64,000 nucleotides of DNA from Octopus vulgaris (GCA_951406725.2 OX597836.1:13950001-14014000); one strand, 5' to 3'. Numbered from the stretch's first letter, positions 1 through 13,594 are shown. The notes: generated from the letters alone by a model not told the origin. Numbers and translations are program-made.

Positions 1-461
1 CGGAAAAAGAGTAATTCAAAACTGTACCGATTTGGAAATGAAAGAAAGATGCGAATTTTAAAGTGTGTATGTGTTTTTGTGTTTACGCTCGAACGATTTG
101 GCCTCACAACTGCCCTGGGACAGTTATTTAATTATCCAGCCCCGGAAAGATGAAAAGCAAAGTTGACCACGGCGGGATGTGAACCCAGAACAGAAAGATC
201 CGGAAGAAATACCTCAGGGCATTTTGTCCGACTTTCGAACGATTCTGCTAGCTCTCCGGCTTTTTGTCGCTTCTGGTACAAGAACAGCGATTTTGAAGGG
301 AAGAGGAATAGTCGATACCATTGACTCCACTACGTGGCTAGTTCTATATATGACCCTTAGAGGAATAAAAAAAAAAAACTTGTTTCAGCAGGGACTTGAA
401 CTCGCGACGTGAAAAAGCTGGAACAAACAAATGTCAAGGCTTTTTCTCAGACACTTCAATG

Positions 462-629
462 CACTAGCGTAGCTAGGCTGGGGGCGGTAGGGGCGGTCGG
501 CCCCGGGTGGCACTTTTAAAGGGGCAGCACTTTGGGGTTTGCTTTAGGCAATATATATATTTTTGTGGCATCCCGGGGCGACAAACGGAAGGGTCACCCC
601 GGGTGGCACACAGTCTAGCTGCGCTAGTG
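462..629. mobile_element. Short hAT-type MITE
   Basis: cactagcgtagctag / ctagctgcgctagtg TIRs; degenerate 8-bp TSD cttcaatg/ctccaacg. Confidence 0.65.
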
Positions 630-863
630 CTCCAACGATTCAGTTAATCTCCTCCCCACCCACGCACCTCCTATGCTTTAAAGTTTTGAAATAATATAAA
701 TAGAATTATATCAATAAAAGAGATGTTAGGAGACTAAACTGACCTCGGCGGAATTTGAACCCTAAACATAGATGTAAGAAAACTAAAAATACTTTCCACC
801 ACTCCAACGAGTTCAAAGTCAGAATTGGGTCAAATTTTGGCACTTATCGTGCATTTTTTAAAT

Positions 864-929
<66 letters not shown>

Positions 930-1022
930 CATCTCTCTCCCCTCTTTCTCTCACTGTTCTCTCTCTTTCTCTCCCTATCTATCCGCCTCTCTACCCCTTC
1001 CTTCTCTCTTTCTCTTCTTCCG

Positions 1023-1068
<46 letters not shown>

Positions 1069-1303
1069 CCTTTCCCTGTATTCCTCTAAATCAGGGGTCG
1101 CCAAACCTTTTTCGACCATCGACCCCCTTTAACCACTTCTCCTTCCGCATCGACCTCCCTCCTCATTTAAAATACCTTAATACCCTTCCCTACCGCACCA
1201 TCTCTTAAATGCGTACCCGGTGCTGATGCTGGCAATTAAGATACCAGCTAAAATATACATCTACAACAAATTAAGAAATTCTATTGAAGGGAACACATTT
1301 CTT

Positions 1304-2114
1304 CAGGGCCGGATTAAGACCCATCGAGGCCCTAAGCACTTAAAAGATTTTGGTGCCTCCACAAACCATAAAATAAATTTTTATTTTCCAAAACGAAACA
1401 AAACAGTAAAAGGGGGAAATAATGTCTATTTTTGTATATTTCCACTTTATTCATATTTGAAAAGCTTTCTTCTATTTTTTTGAATTGCAAAGTCTTTACT
1501 CTTTTACTCTTTTACTTGTTTCAGTCATTTGACTGCGGCCATGCAGAGGCACCGCCTTTAGTCGAGCAAATCGACCACGGAACTTATTCTTTGTAAGCCC
1601 AGTACTTATTCTATCGGTCTCTTTTTGCCGAACCGCTAAGTTACGGGGACGTAAACACACCAGCATCGGTTATCAAGCAATGGTAGGGGGACAAACACAG
1701 ACACACAAACATATACACACACACACACATGCATATATATATACATATATACGACAGGCTTCTTTCAGTTTCCCTCTACCAAATCCACTCACAAGGCTTT
1801 GGTCGGCCCGGGGCTATAGCAGAAGACACTTGCCCAAGATGCCATGCAGCGGGACTGAACCCGGAACCATGTGGTTCGTAAGCATGCTACTTACCACACA
1901 GCTACTCCTGCGCCTATCAGATCCTCAAAATTAATCTTAAGTAACATATCTGCACCTATACTTAGTAGAGATAAAGGCATACTGAGTATTGTTTTAGCAA
2001 GTTTAAAGTGATTTCTTTTGTGCCGTAAACCATTTACAAATTCTGTGGTACCCCTCTCCTTCTCTTGATGCCCTAAGCACGTGCTTATTTTGCTTAATGA
2101 TTAACCCAGCGCTG
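1304..2114. mobile_element. hAT-type MITE interrupted by a SINE (~1497-1915)
   Basis: cagggccggattaa / ttaacccagcgctg TIRs. Confidence 0.65.
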
Positions 2115-2161
2115 CACTTTTTACATTTAAAACTTCGTGTACGAGCATACAATATTAAACT

Positions 2162-2229
<68 letters not shown>

Positions 2230-2242
2230 ATATATATATAAA

Positions 2243-2601
2243 CGGGGCGCCACTGCATGGTGCCAGAGATTCCAACATTATCATCAAAATACAGGACCAG
2301 ATACTGCAACAGCTTGGGTTTCAGAGGACCACAGCTCTTTAACATCCTCCCTTAATGCCTGAGAGACTTGCATGGTGTGGATGTGGGTTTCTTTAAAACT
2401 AAACTGGATCTCTTCTTGTCGGGGGTCCCAGATGAACCTACCTCACAACAGGAGACACAGATGCGGGCAGCGGCATCGAACTCCCTTGTTGACCAAGTGC
2501 CACGTATCAGAGGTGGATTCACATATTGGTGTAGCTCATTCAGCGGTGGTGCCCCAGCATGGCCGCGGCCTTCGGGCTAAAACATTTTTAAGGATTTAAG
2601 G

Positions 2602-2603
<2 letters not shown>
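2243..2603 (+). mobile_element. CR1-group LINE 3' fragment with tail
   Basis: GFRGPQLFNILP...FKTKLDLFLSGVPDEP...RAAASNSL, then a (TTAAGGA)-like tail. Confidence 0.7.
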
Positions 2604-2697
<94 letters not shown>

Positions 2698-2698
<1 letters not shown>

Positions 2699-3096
2699 TA
2701 GTAGTATCGCCCGGCGTTGCGCGGGTTTGTAAGGGAAATAACTATATAAGCATTTTTAGAGAGTTATAGCCAAAAAATAGCAAAAAAATGCATTAAAAAT
2801 GGAAAAAAAATTATGGTAATTTTTTTTTAATCGTTGACTCATCGTAGACATTTTTAGAGAGTTATTTCCCTTATATAATAGCGAAAAAATGCATTAAAAT
2901 GGAAAAAAATGATGGTAATTTTTTTTTAAATCGTAGACTCATCGTAGACGCGCGCTAATACCCAGAAAGGCTCGATATGAATCACGACTATAAGATACCC
3001 GGTTTTGGTTAAACTGCACCGCAAAATGTGGGAGTAGTTAGGAATCTAAATCGTAGGAGACAGACACTCACACAACTTCACTTTTATATATAAAGA
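2698..3096 (-). mobile_element. Non-autonomous Helitron
   Basis: On the minus strand: 5' TC start, subterminal GC hairpin (CCCG.GCAACGCCGGG) and 3' CTAG; inserted in a TA tract. Confidence 0.85.
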
Positions 3097-3603
3097 TATA
3101 CGACAGCAAATCCACTCACAAGGCTTTGGTTGGTCGGCACGAGGCTATAGTAGAAGACACTTAAGCCAAGGTGGCACGCAGTGGGACTGAACCCGGAACC
3201 ATGTGGTTGGTAAGCAAGCTACTCACCACACAGCCATGCCTACGACCGTATTTTTTACACGGTTTGTAGCAAGTTTTAATGTCGATACAAATGTATCCTG
3301 ACATTTGAATAGGATGGAGTTAGGTGTTACCCTTTTGCACAAGCGGAAAGGCTTGTCAGACTAGAATAATGAAAAAAAACAAAAAACACAAGAAGAAAAA
3401 AGAACGAAAAGCATTTAGAGACTACAAAAAATGCAAACGAGAAAAAAAGGGTAAAAGAGGGTAACTAGTTGAAAAAAAAACAAAAAAACAATACCAAAAA
3501 AAAACGAATGGAATAAAAATAAAAATGCAAACATTTCCTATGCAACTGCAGGGAAGAATTTTTAATGAATTTCACATCTTGGCCGTTAGTTATTTCACAT
3601 TGT

Positions 3604-3698
<95 letters not shown>

Positions 3699-5489
3699 TT
3701 ACATATATATCATCATCTTCATCAAACGTCCGTTTTCTATGCTGGTAGAACCGTTAGTGCCATCGGATACTAATGCTTATTGGCATTTTTTTCCAACTCC
3801 TCGCAGTTCAAATTACGCCAAGGTTGACTTTGCCCTTCATCCTTTCGCAGTCAATAACGTAAGGACCAGTGGAATACAGGGTCGGTGTAAATCGGCTAGC
3901 CCTCCTCCACCCTCATAAGCGCTGGTCTTGTATAAATATTAAAAAGAGTTATGAAAATCGGCAGAAGATACGAAATATCTCCAAGGCCCGAGATTAATAA
4001 GTTTGTTTCGCAACTAAGTGCTTCCCGGTCCGGTGTCATTGAGCGGTACCTTAAGCCCCTGTCTTTTACCATGACTGCGAATGGACGGAAGTCTTGTGGG
4101 TAAGATTTCGTTGGCAGAAATGACACAGAAACCTTGTTGTTTTTTGGGTGCAAGCTTAACTCAGCGCTCGATTTAACGCCGTCACCTGAATCTTGGATGT
4201 TTCGGTGGAATCCACCCTGTTGCAAGTATTTGATCCGTGTCTTCGTAATTCAAATATACCGTCTCTCTCCGTTCTGTAGCGGTAGCTAGATAGTTGAATG
4301 ATCTCTCTTGCAAGAAAGATCATAGAGTAACCTCCCTTATCTAAGTTTCTCGAGGCATTTGAGTCATGAGATGTGATTCTTAATTATTCAAGAAGCTTCG
4401 CGTTTCTCTTGGAAGTTTCTAGAATGTCTATCGTTCCATTAATAAAAAACAGCTTGTTAAACCTGCTCTTCACTTCTTAGTCGATTAGACTTAGAGCCGT
4501 GTCCGTCTATTTTACGCCACATGACTGAAAACCACCACTTAGCTGTTATTTCTACAGTTTCTATCTCTGAGAGCAATCTTCAGCTGCACAAAGACAGAAT
4601 TTAATTAAATTAGGACACATTAGTATAATTTTACCTAAAATCTTCGATGTTGTTGGTAGAACATGTTCTTTGTCTATCTTCTTATCCTCCTGGAGATTTT
4701 AAGTAAAATCATACTAATGTGTCCTTCTAATTTAATTAAATTCTAACTACCAGTTACGCACTGGGGTCGATATAATCGACTTAATCCGTTTGTCTGTCCT
4801 AGTTTGTCCTCTCTGTGTTTAGCCCCTTGTGGGTAGTCAAGAAATAGAAATAAGTATTTCGTCTGTCTTTACGTTCTGAGTTCAAATTCCGCCGAGATCG
4901 ACTTTGCCTTTCATCCTTTCGGGGTCAATTAAATAAGTACCAGTTACGCACTGGGGTCGATATAATCGACTTAATCCGTTTGTCTGTTCTTGTTTGTCCT
5001 CTCTGTGTTTTTTCCCTTGTGGGTAGTCAAGAAATAGAAATAAGTATTTCGTCCGTCCTTACGTTCTGAGTTCAAATTCCACCGAAGTCAACTTTGCCTT
5101 TCATCCTTTCGAGGTCGATAAATAAAGTACCAGTTACGCACTGAGGTCGATATAATCGACTTAATCCGTTTGTCTGTCCTTGTTTGTCCCGCTCTGTTTA
5201 GCCACTTGTGGGCAATAAAGAAGTAAGTAATATTGGATAAAGTACCCTTACAAGGCGGAAAAATTTGTCAACAACCATTTATACACACATGGTTGTTCCA
5301 TAAAGCTAAAGTATTGAGCGTCTAAATTCAGCGGAGACTTTGTCTAAATTCGGCAGTTTAGCTTAATGGTAAAGCACTCAGCCAGAGGTGTTTGAGTAAT
5401 GTGGGTTCGTGTCACATGGCTGGTTGTTATTCCTGCTGTTCTAACGGCAACTCTGCATTAAAAAAAAATAATAATAATTTTATTATTTA

Positions 5490-6397
5490 CTAGCAGTATT
5501 GCCCGGGTTTGTAAGGGAAATAACTATATAAGCATTTTTAGAGATGTAAAGTATAATAGCCATCTCAATATGGCTAACCACAAATTGGGGGGGTGTTACT
5601 GTAGCTTTTTACGTTCTGAGATTTAATAATAAATTTTTATAGAGTTACTTCCCTTATATAATAGCAAAAAAATGCATTAAAAATGGGAAAAAATGATGGT
5701 AAATTTATTTTAAAATCGAAGACTCATCGTAGACGCGCGCTAATACCCAGAAGAGCTCGATATGAATCACGACTATAAGATACCCGGTTTTGGTTAAACT
5801 GCACCGCAAAATGTGGGAGTAGTTAGGAATCTAAATCGTAGGAGACAGACAGCACACAACCTCACTTTTATATATATAGACTAGCAGTATCGCCCGGCGT
5901 TGCTCGGGTTTGTAAGGGAAATAACTATATAAGCATTTTTAGAGAGTTACTTCCTTTATAGATGCCAATTCGAGCTTTCTTAGCCATTTCTGTTTTGGTG
6001 TCTTCAAGCCATGAAGTCGTTGTTCTAAAAGAACGCTGGTCTCCTTGACAACGCATTACGACGTTTATTTGCTTACACTCCCTTCCCCACAGCTTCACGA
6101 TGGAGGGAAGAAGGGGGAGAAGCAAACACAGGTGCAGGTGTTTGAGCGTGGACGCCAACTCCGCCGCCATCGACACACGAAAAATTATGCATTAAAATGG
6201 AATAAAAAATGATGTTAAATTATTTTTAAAATCGTAGACTCATCGTAGACGCGCGCTAATAGCCAGACGGGCTCGATATTAATCACGACTATAAGATACC
6301 AGAATTTGGTTAAACTGCACCGCAAAATGTGGGAGGAGTTAGGAATCTAAATCGTAGGAGACAGACACTCACACAACTACAGTTTTATATATATAGA
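5490..6397 (-). mobile_element. Two head-to-tail non-autonomous Helitrons (5490-5880, 5881-6397)
   Basis: Same termini as 2698-3096; exact CTAG|TC junction at 5881/5880; different internal segments. Confidence 0.85.
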
Positions 6398-6939
6398 TAT
6401 GTATATTACAACATTTGTTTCAATGATTTCACACCAGTAATCTTGCGCAAAACAAATACATAAACGTAAACTAAACAATTTATTTATTGGTTCTCAATCA
6501 AAATATTTCGTTACACCACTATGTCCTTCTCAATGTCTTTAACTGCATACACCTGGTTTTCTTTTTTCTTATGTCCGGTATCAGGGGGTGCAAGGGGTTG
6601 AGTTGCTTGAAGTTAGATTTCTTCTCAAAGCAAAAACAAGGGACAAAAATAAATAGATAAAAAAATTCCCAAGCGAATTTAGGAGCCAAAGCAGCGTCAA
6701 CATCAAAAGAATGTGGCAACAACAACAACAACAACAAGACATGACAAATAACCTCTCTACATCTTTCAAATGCCTCTCCCGCCAGTTCTTTGTAACTGGT
6801 GTCGCTAAAGAATGGCTACATGGGTAAATGAATTTGATCGCTTAGCCTCAAACTAGAAAAACGCCCTTTCAAAATGCTTTGTCAGTCAGATCAGTTCTTC
6901 CATTTAGATTATAGGAACAAAATATTTATTTTCCCTTTG

Positions 6940-7870
6940 ATATTTAATGTTCATTGTTACATTGATGGACTTTAGTTTAGATTATCTGTCCCATGTAAGT
7001 CGGATTTCTCCCTTTTGACAATGCATTGAAACGGGGAAGTGTAGAAACAAATTATCATAATTGCTCAAACCTATGATGATGGTGCCGCTACAATGGCAGA
7101 ACAATTAAATGGGTTGCAGTCAAATGTATGAGAGAAATATGAACGTACGATCTTTGTCCATTGTTGTGATCATGTCCTAAGCTTAGTTCTTTCACAGGTA
7201 TGCTCTGCTATAAAAGAATGCAAAATATCTTTTTCCTACAATAAATAGGTTGGGTACATTTTTTACGACATCATTTAAGAGTTAATGCGTTAGATAACAT
7301 AGTTTAAAAAAAAGATTTCTCAAAGCTACAGGAACTAGATAGAAACATTCCTTTTGTTTTGTTCTTACTATAAAAGAAAATTGTAATTTCATAGTCAGCC
7401 TTTTTGAAGACATCATTGAAAATCCTGAAGCATGGGATGAGACCACAATAAATTCTACTTTAGATTCTTACATAATTTAAAAGCTCCCGATTTCTTATTT
7501 TTATTAGAAGTATTTAGTAACATATTTTCTTTCGCTGATGTCTTATTTAGCATCCTTCAAACTAAAAGTCATGACATATTTGTATTGTAAAGAGCAAATA
7601 GATAAAACTAGAAACGTGCCCGAAAATAAACTCGAATGATTTTTTTCAGTATTTCATATGTTAGGGGAAAGATTTGGAATCGATGAATTAAGAGATTCGT
7701 GAATAAATCTATTGATTCCAAACAATATTATAGAATGCTCTATAACAAAAGTATTGACCAATTACAAACACGATACTCATCCTTAGAAGAGCTTAAATTC
7801 ATAGAACTTCAATTTCAGCAAGTGAGGAGTATCGCAAGCAATTTCCAGTGGATGCTTCAAATTCTTTAAA
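6940..7870 (+). pseudogene. Decayed hAT transposase
   Basis: Translates to IAQTYDDGAATMAEQLNGLQSNV*EKYERTIFVHCCDHVLSLVL, matching the hAT QxYDGAxxM...HCxAHxLNL motif; multiple stops and frameshifts. Confidence 0.8.
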
Positions 7871-8696
7871 AACCGCTTATCTCTTTTTTCTTTTCTTTTT
7901 TTTCTTCTTTTTTTTTTACTTGTTTCAGTCATTTGACTGCGGCCATGCTGGAGCACCACCTTTAATCGAACAACTCGACCCCAGGACTTATTCTTTTTGT
8001 AAGCCCAGTACTTATTCTATCGGTCTCTTTTGCCGAACCGATAAGTGACGGGGACGTAAACACACCAGCATCGGTTGTCAAGCAGTGCTAGGGGGACAAA
8101 CACAGACACACAAACACACACACACATACATATACATATACATACAAATATACGACAGGCTTCTTTCAGTTTCCGTCAACCAAATCCACTCACAAGGCAT
8201 TGGTCGGCCCGGGGCTATAGCAGAAGACACTTGCCCAAGATGCCACGCAGTGGGACTGAACCCGGAACCATGTGGTTGGTTAGAAAGCTACTTACCAACC
8301 ATCCACTCCTGCGGTAGTTTTTGTTCTTCTTTTTATATAATACGATTACAGAGTGAACTAAATGTTTTGTATTCTATGCAAGATTTTAAAAAGCAAAGTG
8401 TGAGAAATTTAATGCAAAACAATTCCTGGTCGTGTTGATTCATTGTTTTTCTCTTTGCCTTCGTAAAAAAAGTATGTTTACCGTCATGGAGATCCTTATA
8501 GGAGCAGAAAGGGAATTTTTAACTCTTTTTTTTCTAATTTCGGTATGTGGTGAAGCAGTTAGCTGAACCCTAATTATAATTATTTGGATAATTTTACCTA
8601 TAAAGGTAATTTTAACGTACCGATCTACTTGGTAAAATTGTTAATTAATTGATTAGTTAATTTGATTAATAAATTTTACCCTTCTGTTATTAATTT

Positions 8697-8773
<77 letters not shown>

Positions 8774-9654
8774 TTAATCCAAACAAGAAAGCACAAAAAA
8801 CACAACAACGCGAGGACGTGGAACAAATATAGTATTATTGGACGCTCAGGAAAGACGGAAAGAAGGAGGGTTTAACGTTTCGAGCAGAGCTCTTCGTCGG
8901 AAACATAGGAGAAGGAAAGATCCAGAGAAGGGAAGACAGAGGGAAAAAAATCGCCAACGGTACACACGAGGTCATATTTTGAATATATATATTTGTTTTA
9001 CAAGATTCCTGATGCGAAAACGCGTGTTGAAACAGATACTATATTTCAGGATGGTAATTTTTTTCGCCAAATAAACACACACAGACTATATATTTGTTCT
9101 TCACTTCAGATTTATTTTTATTATTGTTCATATTTTGTGTCGTTTGTCTGGAAAACTTTCGTCACACAACCTGTGACCTCTTTAGCGACTCTCAGCATCC
9201 CACGTGTCTCCACCTGTTCAGTTTAGTCCATTCTCCTTCTCCCCCCTCTCTTTCTGAAAGTTAGTTGAACATGAGCCAGAAAAAAACCAAGCACCTTCTA
9301 ATAGAGAAATTGAGTGATTATACTTTTATATTGTCGAATAGTTATAATTCCTGATTATGGCATATAACGAGTCAGAACGATACCGACGGTTTCGCGTGTT
9401 TATTACACCTGACGATCTTGATGACTCTTCTGTGATGCTTGCCGGAAGGGCATAGCTTCTTTTATGGTGGCGATGAATATACAATCATAATTATCTCGTT
9501 TGTTTAAAAAAAGCGGAACGAAACGAAAAACGTGATGGAAAGTTACATTTTCCAGAAAGGAAAGAAGAGTTGCCGGCTATGGTGCGATGTCAACTGTGCT
9601 TATATACTTGCTTTCTGTTTTCATGCCCGAAAAAAGGGACGACTACGTTTCCAC

Positions 9655-10062
9655 AATGAATTTTCTAGTATGAGGACAGCGACTAAAAGTTTCGCTCTTT
9701 GTGTTAGGAACAGACGTGGATCGTGTGAATCTTTAAGAACTATTCTCCTCTTAGCTAAATAAAACTTGCACTGCCTCATTCCGTATGGCCCAGATTGTTC
9801 TAACAGTTTTCAGATGATTTTGTACGGAATTCCATCCACTTTAATTGTCACATAGCTAGCTAATGTTGTAATGTTATACATGTCTTGGATTCCAAAATAG
9901 GACTTGTGATTTTTTAACCTGGCCTTAAAGGGGGCTCTCTATTGCTCCCAAATATTTTTGTGTGTGCGTACTTCTCTGTTGTTGCTGCTGTTGATAGACA
10001 ACCGAATTTCTCTTTCTTAGACCATGGCCTCAATGATGCATCGACCATTCACTGGGCACCCA
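9655..10062 (-). pseudogene. Decayed Penelope-like GIY-YIG endonuclease C-terminal region
   Basis: Minus-strand pieces CPVNGRCII...FKARLKNHKS...TTLASYV...PY...C...SRCPHTRKF, with stops and frameshifts. Confidence 0.6.
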
Positions 10063-10309
10063 CTCTCTTTACTCTTTTACTTGTTTCAGTGATTTGACTG
10101 CGGTCATGCTGGAGCACCGCCTTTAGTCGAGCAAATCGACCGCAGGACTTATTCTTTGTAAGCCTAGTACTTATTCTGTCGGTGTCTTTTGCCAAACCGC
10201 TAAGTTACGGGGACGTAAACACACTACCATCGGTTGTCAAGCGATGTTGGGAGGACAAACACAGACACAGAAACATATAAACACACACACACACACACAT
10301 ATATATATG

Positions 10310-10359
<50 letters not shown>

Positions 10360-10373
<14 letters not shown>

Positions 10374-10740
10374 CGGCAGTTTGTCTGTGTGTGTTTCTGT
10401 GTGTCTGTTTGGTTGTACCCTCACCCTGACCACTGCTTTCAACCGATTCTGATGAAACTTGACACACACATAGTCCAATGTCATAATTCAAAACTAACGC
10501 AGCGAAAATTTTGAAAAGTTCCCCCAGTTCTGAAAAAAATCGATAAATTCGACATGGGGTCTAGAATCAGAAACACAAACCACAGACTGTCTAGTGGACG
10601 CAACTCGACCTTTTTTAACTCTCAAAAAAATTTACCATCATTTTTTTCCATTTTTTTGCTATTTTTTGGCTATATCTCTCTAAAAATGCTTTATAGTTAT
10701 TTCCCTTACAAACCTGAGCAACGCCGGGCGATACTGCTAG
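10360..10740 (+). mobile_element. Non-autonomous Helitron nested in the TA tract of a SINE
   Basis: Ends in cctgagcaacgccgggcgatactgCTAG; the 5' end merges with (TA)n. Confidence 0.75.
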
Positions 10741-11435
10741 TATATACATATATACGACAGGCTTCTTTCAGTTTCCGTCTACCAAATCCACTCACAAGGC
10801 TTTGGTCGGCCTGAGGCTATAGTAGAAGACACTTGCACAAGGTGCCAGGCAGTGGGACTGAACCTGGAACCGTGTGGTTGGTAAGCAAGCTATTTACCAC
10901 ACAGCCACTCCTGCGCTAACCCTAAATGAGCATTCTGCTCCTACACGGGGTTTTGAGGCGTTCACTACTAATTTTTGACAATAGGTGCACAGCTGAATGA
11001 AACCCTTAGTTATGCCGACTGAATGATCTTCTTTAACATATGGAGCAGTCACTGCAACTTACGATATAAAAAAAAACTTTTATTCATACCTATTTCTTTA
11101 CTACCCACAAGGGGCTAAACACAGAGGAGACAAACAAGGACAGACAAACGGATTAAGTCGATTACATTAACCCCAGTGCGTAACTGGTACTTAATTTATC
11201 GACCCCGAAAGGATGAAAGGCAAAGTCGACCTCGGCGGAATTTGAACTCAGAACGTAACGGCAGACGAAATACGGCTACGCATTTCGCCCGGGGTGCTAA
11301 CGATTCCGCCTTTTATTCATACCTACTTCATCTCTCTCTCTCCCTCTCTCTCTCCGTCTCTCTTTATTTCTTTCTGTCTCTCATTCATTCACTCTAAACT
11401 TTCTAACTTCCACTGTATTTCATTCCTATTTTCAG

Positions 11436-11579
11436 CAAGAACCAGGAGCCAACGGGACCGAGATACTCAACTGTCTCGCAAACGTTCGACCTGGAAAGGG
11501 TTTCAAACCAAATTTCCCACTTTTCCAAAAGACCGACGTGAACGGCAAAAAGGAAAATGGTCTTTTCACTTATCTCAAG
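11436..11579 (+). CDS. GPX: Glutathione peroxidase, penultimate coding exon (QEPGANGTEILNCLANVRPGKGFKPNFPLFQKTDVNGKKENGLFTYLK)
   Basis: ttttcag acceptor and AAG|gtaaag donor; 144 nt, phase 0-0. Contains GPx motifs QEPG (catalytic Gln), VRPGxGFxPNF oligomerisation loop and KxDVNG. Confidence 0.95.
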
Positions 11580-12066
11580 GTAAAGTAGGCCTTCCTTTCA
11601 CTCTCATTATTCTTTTTGTTGTTATTTCATTTCTGTTGTTATTGCCGTCTTCTTGATGTTCTGATGCTGTTGTTGTTGTTGTTGCTGCTGCTGCTGTTGT
11701 TGTTGTTGAGCAACAAGACGGTCAAGGGTGATTAGGTGATGGTCTAGGGCTTAGGGGCGGGAGACCCCCAGACCTTGGAAAAAAAAAAACCAAAACTTTG
11801 GTCATCTTGTTGTAGCCGAGGGGGGTCTTCGTTGACGCCCGACACCACTGGGAGGTGGCCCTCGAAGTCGCTGGAAATGGAGATCTCCAGGTCCAAATTC
11901 TTGAACGGCTGTTGTTGCTGCTGGAAAAAGACTTTAAAACATTTGCAGCTTTTCATTTACATCCTTATACCTCTCGAGTTCAAATCCCGCCCAGTCGACT
12001 TTGTTTTTCACCCGCCAGCCCGCTCGCAGCTCCCAGCTTTAGTAAAATACTGCTTTAGATCCACAC

Positions 12067-12475
12067 AGGCGCAGGAGTGGCTGTGTGGTAAGTAGCTTGC
12101 TAACTAACCACATGGTTCCGGGTTCAGTCCCACTGCGTGGCATCTTGGGCAAGTGTCTTCTGCTATAGCCCCGGGCCGACCAATGCCTTGTGAGTGGATT
12201 TGGTAGACGGAAACTGAAAGAAGCCTGTCGTATATATGTATATATATATATGTATATATGTTTGTGTGTGTGTATGTCTGTGTTTTTCCCCCTCGCATTG
12301 CTTGACAACCGATGCTGGTGTGTTTACGTCCCCGTAACTTAGCGGTTCGGCAAAAAGAGACCGATAGAATAAGTACTGGGCTTACAAAAAAGAATAAGTC
12401 CCGGGGTCGATTTGCTCGACTAAAGGCGGTACTCCAGCATGGCCACAGTCAAATGACTGAAATATGTAAAAGAGT
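12067..12475 (+). mobile_element. tRNA-derived SINE family A, representative full copy
   Basis: A box TGGCTGTGTGG, B box GGTTCAGTCCC, central (TA)n and (AAAGAGT)n tail. Other copies at ~1497(-), 7914(-), 10063(-), 12781(-), 16362(+), 16978(-), 19035(-), 19978(+), 30574(+), 32530(+), 50253(+). Confidence 0.92.
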
Positions 12476-13594
12476 AATACCATCAGATGTCACACATATT
12501 CGCTTCATACCATCAGATGTCACACATCCTTCACAATCCACCAAAAATTGTATCATGATTCTGTCATTTAAGTAAGTGCCTTTGTCCACCAGTCACAAAG
12601 TCGACAGTTTCCCCGAGTCTTCTTAGCTCAGAGAATGCCGTCATTGCATAGCCAAGCCCCACTCTCATCCCTACCACATCGACTGCAATATTTTCTCTCA
12701 GTTCTCTTGTAAAATTAGTCCCACCCCCAACCTTCAGTTTAATTTTTTCAAAGGTTCTTTGTGGTTATTGTCACTGCATACTCTTTTACTCTGTTACTTG
12801 TGTCAGTCATTTGACTGTGACCATACTGGAGCAAATCGACCCCAGGGCTTATTCTTTGTAAGCCTAGTACTTATTCTATCAGTCTCTTTTGCTGAACCGC
12901 TAAGTTACGGGGACGTAACACACCAGCATCGGTTGTCAAGCGATGTTGAGGGGACAAACACAGACACACAAACGTATACACATACACACACACACACACA
13001 TATATATATACATATATACGACGGGCTTCTTTCAGTTTCCGTCTACCAAATCCACTCACAAGGCTTTGGTTGGCCCAAAGCTATAGCAGAAGACACTTGC
13101 CCAAGGTACCACACAGTGGGACTGAACCCGGAACCATGTGGTTCGTAAGCAAGCTACTTACCACACACAGCCACTCCTACGCCTAGTTATTTACATTTAA
13201 TAATATTAATAATTATGGAGTAGGGAAGAGACAGCTGCTCTGAAATTACAGAAAGTTATCTTTGTGACAACTTGCAGTCGACCCAAAATAGATGATGTCA
13301 ACAGCACAAATCCCTATGGTGTCAGGATATCTCAGTTGTCTGCGCTCTAAGATCGGAGCCAAACGGTTTTTATAGAGGACCGGAAGCCAAATTCTAGAAT
13401 ATTCGAGAAAACCATATCACGCCACATCCTCATGTTGATTGGGTTGTTAACAGTCAGATTGCATGAAACTGGCTGTTCGCTTCTGGTATCTGAACGATTC
13501 TCTAATGGTTGGGGTTTCAAATCACTGCCACAAATCTTTCGATAATACTAAATGTTCTTTTCTGATTTTTTTTCTTCTTTTATTTCTTTTTCAG

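Noticed and set aside
5352-5424. tRNA gene
   Set aside because: D- and T-arm-like boxes are present, but the anticodon loop is oversized and the stems are mismatched; more likely a SINE head or pseudogene.
1-11435. Upstream GPx exons (Sec codon, FPCNQF motif)
   Set aside because: Not found by eye in this interval; presumed to lie upstream of the window, so the Sec codon is unverified.
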